Notes under the pieces: model-generated
Databases searched by the model: none
What the model was told of the DNA's origin: nothing
Seen by the model: only the letters and a program-made list of their open reading frames with translations
In this document: piece after piece, positions 1-8,320 of the stretch
Layout of the letters: each line of letters starts with the position of its first letter
Numbering within the stretch: position 1 is the first letter of the stretch
IMG/VR virus record: IMGVR_UViG_3300008952_000030
Coordinates: 1-64,000 of that record
Strand: one strand, 5' to 3'
Length of the DNA stretch: 64,000 nt
Source of the DNA: a virus
Translations under genes and position numbers: made by a program

Positions 1-134
1 ATGCGGCTAATGCCACGTCCCCCATTGCTTCGATATCATCGTTTGCATTTATAGTTTTGGGTATTTTTACTGTGCCTACCCACACAGCCTTGCACGTATT
101 ATTATCCTTACCCTGTCGATACCTGTTCACCCCC
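1..134 (-). ncRNA. ssrA: tmRNA, 5' part (truncated by window edge); tag peptide ANDDIEAMGDVALAA
   Basis: Minus strand begins GGGGGTGAACAGGTATCGACAGGG (typical tmRNA 5' end). ATAAAT precedes the resume codon GCA at 46, and the frame 46..2 reads ANDDIEAMGDVALAA followed by T at position 1. Confidence 0.9.
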
Positions 135-168
135 ATATTTTATTTTGTCCTGTAAATCTTGGCATTCG

Positions 169-264
169 TTAGCAGCATCCTTTCTCGCATGCGCAACATC
201 CGCAGCAACAGCAGCAGTGAGCTGCATTGAATAAGTTGATTAATTTGTGTAAAAAAGCTTTCAT
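169..264 (-). CDS. 31-aa Cys-rich peptide MKAFLHKLINLFNAAHCCCCCGCCACEKGCC (not in ORF track)
   Basis: Manual translation; GGGGGA SD-like run upstream; 10 Cys in the last 15 residues. Confidence 0.6.
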   Translation of the reverse strand: MKAFLHKLINLFNAAHCCCCCGCCACEKGCC

Positions 265-319
265 ATATATTGTCCCCCATAAGTTCTCTTTATCATAAGT
301 AATTATCATTCTAGCATAA

Positions 320-343
320 AAAGACACGCCTAGGCGTGTCTTT
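320..343. terminator. Perfect 24-bp palindrome, probable intrinsic terminator
   Basis: aaagacacgcctaggcgtgtcttt with A/T-rich flanks, downstream of ORF 422..865. Confidence 0.6.
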
Positions 344-421
344 ATAAACTAATAAACTAAATTTAAACATATTGAATATTAAAAACTTACGAAAACCTTT
401 CACCACAACAAACTAAAGTAA

Positions 422-865
422 CTAGTTACCTAAATCGTAAAAAGCATACCAACCCATACCGCTAAAATCAGGAGGTAACCTAGGATCGACAGGTTTTTGA
501 GACTTAGTGTCGATATACTTAACTGTTAGTTGTTTTTTAGTTCTTTCTGATGTGAACGTTGCATAGTGAGTCACTACTAAATCTGTAAAAATCCTGTCTA
601 ACTTTCTGTTCTTACCTATCCAAGAAACTATCAGAAGTGATTTCGTTTCCAAACACCCATCTATTCTGAGTAGGTGCACTGACGGGCCCGGATCATATAT
701 CGTTTTCGGCATTTGGTAACTTTCCGATAAAGTTTCGCAATACTTAAAAAGTTGTTCTATTGTTGCTTTCTTGACAGTTAAGTTTTTTGGTACTTTAATT
801 TTTTCTGGTGCTTGCTTGGCGACTGGAGGTGCCAATAACGATATCAATAAAAAGAATTTTATCAC
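422..865 (-). CDS. Hypothetical secreted protein
   Basis: N-terminal signal-peptide-like segment MIKFFLLISLLAPP. Confidence 0.6.
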   Translation of the reverse strand: MIKFFLLISLLAPPVAKQAPEKIKVPKNLTVKKATIEQLFKYCETLSESYQMPKTIYDPGPSVHLLRIDGCLETKSLLIVSWIGKNRKLDRIFTDLVVTHYATFTSERTKKQLTVKYIDTKSQKPVDPRLPPDFSGMGWYAFYDLGN

Positions 866-1212
866 TTCTCATCTCCTATTTGCTTAATGCTGAATTGTTT
901 AATGCTTTTTCTTAATTCTGAAAGACTTATTCCAAGTATGTTTGCTGCTTCTTTATGAGATGATGCTGCAGAAAGTGCAAAATTAATTAATGCACTTTTT
1001 ATAATATGAAACGAAGAATTCCATAAAGGAAAACCGAAAAGTTTTCCTCTGAGAGGCTCAGCTGACAATTCCAACTTAAGAGCTATTACCTCCTCTAGTT
1101 TCAAACTAGACAGCATAGCTTCGAACTGTTTTGATGTCTTACCATCCTCCCTAAGCGACCGAGCAAAGCTGTATTGGTGTGTTTTATTCTTTTTAGATCT
1201 AGGATTTTTCAT
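862..1212 (-). CDS. Fis-like helix-turn-helix protein
   Basis: C-terminal ALINFAL...HKEAANILGISLSELRKSIKQF resembles the Fis/HTH_8 motif. Confidence 0.6.
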   Translation of the reverse strand: MKNPRSKKNKTHQYSFARSLREDGKTSKQFEAMLSSLKLEEVIALKLELSAEPLRGKLFGFPLWNSSFHIIKSALINFALSAASSHKEAANILGISLSELRKSIKQFSIKQIGDEK

Positions 1213-1436
1213 TATATACTCAGAATCTTATATTATAAGATATAGCTATACCCTTAACATAGTAAGGCTTCATAGTTCATAATATTAATTTCAAATTAAT
1301 CTTAACAATATCTATAATAATCTTTTCTTCTTTCTTTTCTCTACTTTTAATCTTTCTTTGTTTTAATCAACTCAACAAATGCTTCGTTAATACACAGTAT
1401 TTATAGCACATATTTCAGGAAAAGTAAAGAAAAAAA

Positions 1437-2237
1437 TTAAGCTAACAAGGAATCAAAATCTATGTCGGCTTCTTCTTCGCCAGCGGCAGCAGCATCGGGG
1501 GCTTCATCTGCTACAGCGTCTTTCGCATCTTCATATTCGGGATTAGTTGGCTCTACTATTTTTGTTGAAAGCTCTTCTTCAAATTTATCAAAATATAGTT
1601 TTACATTGGTTATTAGATAGTCATAGAACATTTCTTTGTCTTGTTCGTTCCCTAATACACTAAAATAATCGATTATCGATTGCTCTATTTTATTGTAAAC
1701 CTCAAATGCTCTATTTCTACCAGTCTCGTCTTCACCTTCTAGAGAAAAGTTTGACTTAGGATCCTCTTCTGGTTCCTCTTCCACCTCTACGTCATCGGTA
1801 GGTATAAACTTGTCGTCTTCTATATCAATCTCTATTTCTTCTTCCAAATCAGGAGAAGGAGACTCGCCTACAGATGCCTCATCGTTTGCCATTATCGGAG
1901 CTAGAGTGCTCTGTACAGCATTAACAATATGCGCTCTAAAAGAATCTCTCTGATTTTTATCTGTCGTCAGAGACTTGAAAGCTTGAGAAAGTGTCTTTAA
2001 TATGTTTGAGTTCTTAAGCATATCTCTCAATACATTAATTCCAGTATTCTCGTGAGGATCCTCTTCAGGATCAGCTGCAGCTTCAACGATGAGAGACTGT
2101 ATGATGGAGCGAAGTTTTATTTCTTGCAATATCTCTGCAGTTCTAGCTTGTACGTGTCGATTCTTCACTATCGATACAGCTTTTTGGATGTTTTCTCGTA
2201 AAACCATCTCTTTTGCCATTTCTTCTCTTGATAACAT
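1437..2237 (-). CDS. Acidic hypothetical protein, probably virion-associated
   Basis: Acidic tracts, LRSIIQSLIVE motif, ACTAATTA box upstream (2260-2267). Confidence 0.6.
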   Translation of the reverse strand: MLSREEMAKEMVLRENIQKAVSIVKNRHVQARTAEILQEIKLRSIIQSLIVEAAADPEEDPHENTGINVLRDMLKNSNILKTLSQAFKSLTTDKNQRDSFRAHIVNAVQSTLAPIMANDEASVGESPSPDLEEEIEIDIEDDKFIPTDDVEVEEEPEEDPKSNFSLEGEDETGRNRAFEVYNKIEQSIIDYFSVLGNEQDKEMFYDYLITNVKLYFDKFEEELSTKIVEPTNPEYEDAKDAVADEAPDAAAAGEEEADIDFDSLLA

Positions 2238-2258
2238 CTAAAAGTCTCCCAATTTAAT

Positions 2259-4628
2259 TTAATTAGTTTCTTCTTCTTGGTTTTCGTCTAATTCTTCTTC
2301 GTCTTCTTTTTTGGCAATCGGTGCGGAGTAACCTTGTACCGCACCTCCGCCTGGAGCGCCCATCGCTGAAATTTCCTCAATCTCTTCAGCTTCTTCTATA
2401 TCTTCAACTTCTTTTGCCAAAAAAGCATTCGAGCTTCCTATTTTCGGATCAAGTGTAAAAGGCTTTCCGTATTTAGCGATGTTCTTACTTCCACCTAGCA
2501 CCCTTTTCATACTTTTCTTCATTCTTTTTTTGGCGATAGGCTGCCAGTCTCCCTCTGACATTATAATTTTCTCTATCATAGTAAATAAATTCTCTTTGAT
2601 TTCCTGCGGGGGCTCTTCTTCGCTCGAGAAGAAATTAAGAAGCTGTCGCACTTCGTCTTGTGACACGCCGTCAGGTATGAATCTAGATATGTCTTGCGCA
2701 GCATCCAGCGCAGCGCGAAAGTCACTAGCATTATAAGTCCCAGCTGAATCTAGCTCTGGATCGACAGCCCAATCCTTTACATCTGCGGGAATGACACCTT
2801 CTAGTTTTGGACTATATTGAGAAAATTTTGCGAATCTTTGAATATCTGAGATGCCTCTATCATCCGGCTTAGTACTAGCGACAGGTATTATCATATCTCC
2901 TGCTTGTGGTATGCCGTGATTACGCAATCCCGGTATCGGCTCGTCCATGATAGAGTACGCTGCCATAACAGGGGAGTTATATGGAGATCTCATAACTATA
3001 ACTTTACTAGGATCAACAGCCGACGCTCTCAAGTACAGATTCCATACAGATATAGATTCTTCGGCTGATATGTCTCCCTTTGCAAGGGGAGACACAAACA
3101 CTACCACCATATCCGCTCCTTTTGCTAGAGTCTCTTTTACCAAATGGAGATGTCCGCGATGAGGTGGCTTGAATTTACCGGGAAAAACAGCTATTTTTCT
3201 AGAAGCTTCAGGGATATCTTCTTCTATTTCTGGCTCTGGATCTTCACCAAGGATATCTTCTGATACTTCTTTCTTTGCGCCTCGACTGTATCTTCCAAGT
3301 CCCATAATTTGATTTATTGGTGCGAAATTGCCGGTAAACTTGTAGGTTTTGCCTTCAAATTCAAAAACAAGCCCTTCTACCGCTGTTGTTATCTTTTCTA
3401 CTGCTGCAGTTATCGATGCATCACTGAGCACCTCTTCAGCTGACAACTCTCCGCCTAATATCTTTTGCATGCCAATTTGTAATTTTTGAAGATCGTCGGC
3501 GTCAGCAGCGGCGCGAATATCTTTCATTTTTTGTCCAACCTTTTTCTTGAGCTTGCCAACAGTAACATCAGATTGCATGACATACGCACTTGTGAAATTC
3601 TCGAGAATTTCAACTGCAAATTTATGTATTACGTTGATGAGAGGTTGTGAAGATGCATCAGACAATTCCTTGAGTGCAACCCTATCTCTCAATATGTTAA
3701 CACACACTTCTCTCTCCCGAGTTAAGTGTTCTGGAATTTCAGATAGTGCTATAGCTATTTCCGTCTTGACTCTTGGCATCTTCTTTTCGCTGCCGTAAAA
3801 CACAACAGCCTCAGACATGGCATCTATAGCTTCTTGGTTGAAATTCATATCTGCTAGTTTTCTACTTAGTATCAAAAACACTCTTGATTTAAGATAGTCT
3901 CCAATTGTCTGTCCATGAGACACTCCAACATCACGAATAATGCTGTCGATATTGGATATCGCTCTCTTGTAAGCGTCCTTTTTTTCTATAAAGTCTTTAA
4001 AGTCATTAATAGCATTAACTTTAACAGAGGGCATATTAGAATCAGCAGCCATATTAACCAAAATTTCTTCTAGTTGTATCGCATGTTTTTCTGCTTCAGC
4101 TGATTCTAGCTTGTGAGAGACACCGTCTTTAACAACGACGTGGCCGACTCTATGAATTGCTAAAGTTTGTGCATCATAGTCTACGACGTTTGGACTTCGT
4201 GGATCCATAACTTCCGCGTTATAAAATATCAATCCACCGTCCTCTCGTACGAAAAACTCACCGGGCACAAGCCTAGCAATAGTTTCAAAGTTTGAAAGAG
4301 AATCTGCATATGCATCAACAACATTTTGTGGCACTCTCTTATCCACTGGGCGATCAGTTGTTAAAGCGGCAATAAGGGTTTCCTTATTTATGCCACCCAC
4401 TTTTGCATGTGACTTGTTGCGAACTGCCAAAGACTCTTGCCTAACTGGATCATATGAAATAAATATATTTTGGCCATCAAGCTTCTCCGTAACTTTAAGT
4501 CCGGGAAAGCCTTGCGAAGCTATCTTAAACATTTCCTTAAGTTTAGCAAATGTTAGGGATACGTTCTCATAGGGGTGAGACATGTGCCCAGCTGCACCGC
4601 CCTCAGTTAGAAGTTGCTTTTTAGACAT
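2259..4628 (-). CDS. Fusion of a KxDG ligase-like nucleotidyltransferase domain and an HxGH cytidylyltransferase-like domain
   Basis: GHMSHPYE...VTEKLDGQN in the N-terminal part, AVEGLVF, and a C-terminal FPGKFKPPHRGH ... YNASDFR. Confidence 0.7.
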   Translation of the reverse strand: MSKKQLLTEGGAAGHMSHPYENVSLTFAKLKEMFKIASQGFPGLKVTEKLDGQNIFISYDPVRQESLAVRNKSHAKVGGINKETLIAALTTDRPVDKRVPQNVVDAYADSLSNFETIARLVPGEFFVREDGGLIFYNAEVMDPRSPNVVDYDAQTLAIHRVGHVVVKDGVSHKLESAEAEKHAIQLEEILVNMAADSNMPSVKVNAINDFKDFIEKKDAYKRAISNIDSIIRDVGVSHGQTIGDYLKSRVFLILSRKLADMNFNQEAIDAMSEAVVFYGSEKKMPRVKTEIAIALSEIPEHLTREREVCVNILRDRVALKELSDASSQPLINVIHKFAVEILENFTSAYVMQSDVTVGKLKKKVGQKMKDIRAAADADDLQKLQIGMQKILGGELSAEEVLSDASITAAVEKITTAVEGLVFEFEGKTYKFTGNFAPINQIMGLGRYSRGAKKEVSEDILGEDPEPEIEEDIPEASRKIAVFPGKFKPPHRGHLHLVKETLAKGADMVVVFVSPLAKGDISAEESISVWNLYLRASAVDPSKVIVMRSPYNSPVMAAYSIMDEPIPGLRNHGIPQAGDMIIPVASTKPDDRGISDIQRFAKFSQYSPKLEGVIPADVKDWAVDPELDSAGTYNASDFRAALDAAQDISRFIPDGVSQDEVRQLLNFFSSEEEPPQEIKENLFTMIEKIIMSEGDWQPIAKKRMKKSMKRVLGGSKNIAKYGKPFTLDPKIGSSNAFLAKEVEDIEEAEEIEEISAMGAPGGGAVQGYSAPIAKKEDEEELDENQEEETN

Positions 4629-4643
4629 GATATATCTATCCTA

Positions 4644-5375
4644 CTATTTTTTTGTCCACTTATTAAGCAGTCTTTCAAAAAGTTTATTGTCCCTGCTTGT
4701 GAATCTGTTTTCGTAAATAGTATTCTCTTGCTCTGGAGTTTGAACCTTTGTGTTTTCTGTGTTTTCGTCCGTGTTTTCCGAAGCTTCCTCGTCGAGAGTC
4801 TCCTCTTCATTTTCTTCAAGCGTCTCTTCTTCATCTGTTTCACTGAGAATGGAATCTATAATTGCTCCCTCTTTCTCTGTCAATTCGTTCTCTTTTTCAC
4901 CCTTTTCAATTGTTGGAATTTCGCTTATCGTCTCTTTGATAATCTTCCTTAACAATGCTTTGATTTTGTCGTTCATGTTACTTGACTCCTTTTGTAATCT
5001 ATTTTTTCTATCATGTTCAAAATCTCGTACGTCCAACCCAGAAGCATATGCTTCAAATTCCATTTTTCTCATATGCTCGTCTGTTTGAGCGTAGTCTTCT
5101 CCCAGCTCGCCGATATTATCAAACTCTCCTCTGAGATTTTGCAAGTGGTGAGTTAATTCATGTGCCAAAGAGCGAAGTATGTCTTTCGGGTGTCGATTGG
5201 TTATGTACAGTGTTATTGATTGTTCTCGAGGATCATAATAAGCAGTCTTTCCTAGCGGGTTATTACCATTTTCCTCATCTTCTATAAAATTCATAGCAGG
5301 AGGCTTTTCGAATCCATGCTTCTTTTGACAATAAGACATGAATTCTTCAGCTAGTGGTTTAATCTGATTAATCAT
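4644..5375 (-). CDS. HExxH zinc-metallopeptidase-like protein with acidic tail
   Basis: RSLAHELTHHLQN ... MEFEAY. Confidence 0.7.
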   Translation of the reverse strand: MINQIKPLAEEFMSYCQKKHGFEKPPAMNFIEDEENGNNPLGKTAYYDPREQSITLYITNRHPKDILRSLAHELTHHLQNLRGEFDNIGELGEDYAQTDEHMRKMEFEAYASGLDVRDFEHDRKNRLQKESSNMNDKIKALLRKIIKETISEIPTIEKGEKENELTEKEGAIIDSILSETDEEETLEENEEETLDEEASENTDENTENTKVQTPEQENTIYENRFTSRDNKLFERLLNKWTKK

Positions 5376-5432
5376 AATATGGTGCCTCGAGTAACAATAA
5401 TACTTAGTAATTAGAAGTTTTAATCGTTTATA

Positions 5433-6848
5433 TCAATTTAAAGTGATTTTATAAGGAGTGCCTACGGGGCGCTTTCTTATATTAAATGCTGATATGGATC
5501 CATTCGAGACTTTTGGTTCTCCCTCAACCCTGGTGGTAGTAGTTGTAGAATCATATATATATATTAGCCCCTTATCGTCCAAACTATCCACTTCGAATTT
5601 CGAGCCAATGACAAGTGCGTCTCCATTTATGGCAACAGAACTAGCCATCATTGGCGCATGCGCCGTTTCCTGGCTGTCGGGAGTGTATGTTTGGGAAAGA
5701 GTCCAGTATGTGGAGCCGCTCTCATATAGCCAGGCTCTTCCGTCTTTTGCGCCATTAGTCCCCCCGCCGTTGTAAACCTCTGCCCCGATGATCATGTGAG
5801 TGCTGCCAACGTCTATAGCACTTCCAAACTGAGCGCCAGCCTGATCACCAGCTATGCCCTGCTTAAAGTACCACCCATCCGAACCAAGAGCATACAAATA
5901 TGCTGCCCCTGCATTAGAGCCCCCCACATCATTGCCGGGCGCACCGATGACAAGAGTATCGTTGTGCAAGGCAACTTTCATTCCGAATTCTTCTCCTGTG
6001 GATCCACTGGGGTGTGAAATAGTCCCTTCCAAATCCCACGATGTCGAACCTGAGTTAAAAACAAATACCTTATCTACCCCTGGTGCCCCTACCGCTAATT
6101 TGCTGCCAGTGAGGTATACTGATGCCCCGAATTCAGAACCGTAGTTACCACTACTCAAGGGATTCTCAACACTAGAAGACACCCACCCGGCGCTGGTAGT
6201 CAGAAACATATATACCACGCCTTCGTACGAAGGACTATGATCTCTCGCACCTACTGCTATCCAGTCCCCATTAGTAGAAACCGCAGCACCGAATTCGTCT
6301 CCCGATTCTAGATTTGAAGCAGAAATATGTGTTTCGTTCCAAATGCTGCCTACTTTTTCCCATATGATGATTTCACCGCGATACACGGTACCGTTGTGAA
6401 ACTTCGGACTACCAGCAACTACCCTGTCGTTATATATACTGGCACCTTGGTTCCTATAACCGTACCAGGATCCGCCTTTTGTATAATCTGTGCCCATATA
6501 AAGAGAGATTCCGTTAACCCAAGTTGAGGATGTCAGTCTTGTTTCTGTTGTGGTGCCCCAATCATCTCCAGTCTTTTCAAACAACAGTATAGCACCATGA
6601 TTTGCGTTGCCGCCGCCATGAGCGGGATTAGTGTATCTAGTCTCTACAGCTATAGCCTTGTTGTTGCACAAACCAACAGTCCAGCCAACATACGTTTCAC
6701 CGTTGTCAGTAGAAGATTCTGTTTTATGCTTGTTTGTGTAAGACGATATGGAAGTCTCCACCTTCGTATATTGTCCGCGAAGGGTACTGTGCCTATCGAT
6801 AGAATAATCTGAATTATGGTTATTTAAATTTTCTATTTTTTTCGACAT
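5433..6848 (-). CDS. FG-GAP repeat beta-propeller protein
   Basis: Repeated FGxxV...lvVGAP...GxVY units. Confidence 0.85.
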   Translation of the reverse strand: MSKKIENLNNHNSDYSIDRHSTLRGQYTKVETSISSYTNKHKTESSTDNGETYVGWTVGLCNNKAIAVETRYTNPAHGGGNANHGAILLFEKTGDDWGTTTETRLTSSTWVNGISLYMGTDYTKGGSWYGYRNQGASIYNDRVVAGSPKFHNGTVYRGEIIIWEKVGSIWNETHISASNLESGDEFGAAVSTNGDWIAVGARDHSPSYEGVVYMFLTTSAGWVSSSVENPLSSGNYGSEFGASVYLTGSKLAVGAPGVDKVFVFNSGSTSWDLEGTISHPSGSTGEEFGMKVALHNDTLVIGAPGNDVGGSNAGAAYLYALGSDGWYFKQGIAGDQAGAQFGSAIDVGSTHMIIGAEVYNGGGTNGAKDGRAWLYESGSTYWTLSQTYTPDSQETAHAPMMASSVAINGDALVIGSKFEVDSLDDKGLIYIYDSTTTTTRVEGEPKVSNGSISAFNIRKRPVGTPYKITLN

Positions 6849-6867
6849 GCTATAAGTATATAGCGTC

Positions 6868-7866
6868 TTATATGGAGTCTTTACATGAAGAAAACATTAT
6901 TTCTACGTCTTTATCTTTTAGGTTCTCTTCTATCCAGAATTGCATGTCTCGAGAATTATCAAATTCAAACTGGTTAATACCAGAATAAACACACCACCTC
7001 TCAACTTCTTCGAGAACGTCAACCTTGTTTATTACGAGCTTGTTAACACCGTTAATATCAATAGCCTTTAAAAGATTATCAAAGTCCATCCAATTAACTT
7101 GCCGCGGCCGCCCAGTGGTAGCTCCGAACTCTTCGCCTGCTTTTCTTATTTTAGCGAATATCGGATCTACACCTTCAAAGAGCTTATTTCCAACATATGT
7201 TTCATAAATCTTTGCTACGCCCCAAATATCACGGATGCTTCTTGGTGGTACACCATTCAATATTGCCCCACCGACAGTGCAATGACTTGAAGTTACATAT
7301 GGATAATCACCCCAGTCAATATCAAGCCCGAAGCCTTGTGCTCCCTCGAAAAGAATAACACTCTCATCATAAAATGGACTATCGTGAAGTTCTGTATACA
7401 TGTCGACAATATAGGGCTCAAGTTCCGGAACTTCCATTGCGCGTACACCCTTTCTTGCATACTTATCTCTATATGCGGGCCCGTTGCCTCTCTTCGTGGT
7501 GCCTATCACCTCGTCTTGGCCATCCTGAGCCATATGAAAGTCTGTAATTACATGAGTGTTAGAAGCTACCCCTATTAACTCGAGTGCACTAATTCCATGA
7601 GATTCCAGCTCCTGTATTTCTTCAAAAAATTGTTTAACGTTTATTACACATCCGGGCCCTATAATAGATCTAATACCGAAGAATACACCGCAAGGGATAT
7701 GATGTGTTACGAACTTCTTCCCTTCGTGATATATCGTGTGTCCAGCGTTGCAGCCTCCATTATACCGTATTACATGAGTATAATTACCGTTTTTAGCTAA
7801 ATGGTGTGCAACCTTACCTTTGCCACAGTCGCCGTACTGTAAATCAACAATTACATCTGCTATCAT
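6868..7866 (-). CDS. purA: Adenylosuccinate synthetase (short form)
   Basis: QYGDCGKGK, GGCNAGHT, IGTTKRGNGP, EGAQGFGLDIDWGDYPYVTSS, EFGATTGRPR. Confidence 0.97.
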   Translation of the reverse strand: MIADVIVDLQYGDCGKGKVAHHLAKNGNYTHVIRYNGGCNAGHTIYHEGKKFVTHHIPCGVFFGIRSIIGPGCVINVKQFFEEIQELESHGISALELIGVASNTHVITDFHMAQDGQDEVIGTTKRGNGPAYRDKYARKGVRAMEVPELEPYIVDMYTELHDSPFYDESVILFEGAQGFGLDIDWGDYPYVTSSHCTVGGAILNGVPPRSIRDIWGVAKIYETYVGNKLFEGVDPIFAKIRKAGEEFGATTGRPRQVNWMDFDNLLKAIDINGVNKLVINKVDVLEEVERWCVYSGINQFEFDNSRDMQFWIEENLKDKDVEIMFSSCKDSI

Positions 7867-7868
7867 GA

Positions 7869-8138
7869 TTAGTCCTTTTTTGTTTTAGAAGACAATAACA
7901 TAGTAACAGATTGCGCGAGAGTCTTTAAGACATCTTCAGGTAAAGGTGTCATTTTTTTCAATATAAGCCAGCAATTTAAATAATCTAGAGCTAAAGCTGG
8001 CTCTGTGTCGAGGAGTGAAAGAAATGTGTCTGTCTCGTCTTTAGTGTTTAAGGGGATATCTGGTGTTGTTTTCGTATTGAGGGAATTCGCAAGTTGAGAG
8101 AAAAGATCGGGATAAACGATTCTTTTCTTTTTTTTCAC
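7869..8138 (-). CDS. Hypothetical protein
   Basis: ORF in a tightly packed minus-strand operon. Confidence 0.55.
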   Translation of the reverse strand: MKKKKRIVYPDLFSQLANSLNTKTTPDIPLNTKDETDTFLSLLDTEPALALDYLNCWLILKKMTPLPEDVLKTLAQSVTMLLSSKTKKD

Positions 8139-8320
8139 TTACCGTCTCTTTTTCTTCTTGTAAACTCTTTTTTAGCTGCCATTGGATTTCGAGCTGTCAT
8201 TTCAATGTCTTCCCTTAATTTTGATATTTGCTTAGATAACAAGTAAGGCAAAAACAAACAAAGAGAGGAATTAAATAGAGTAAAGCCAGTTATAAGATAT
8301 AATAGAGAGTCGCTACTCAT
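8135..8320 (-). CDS. Small membrane protein
   Basis: Single hydrophobic helix; overlaps both neighbours. Confidence 0.55.
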   Translation of the reverse strand: MSSDSLLYLITGFTLFNSSLCLFLPYLLSKQISKLREDIEMTARNPMAAKKEFTRRKRDGK

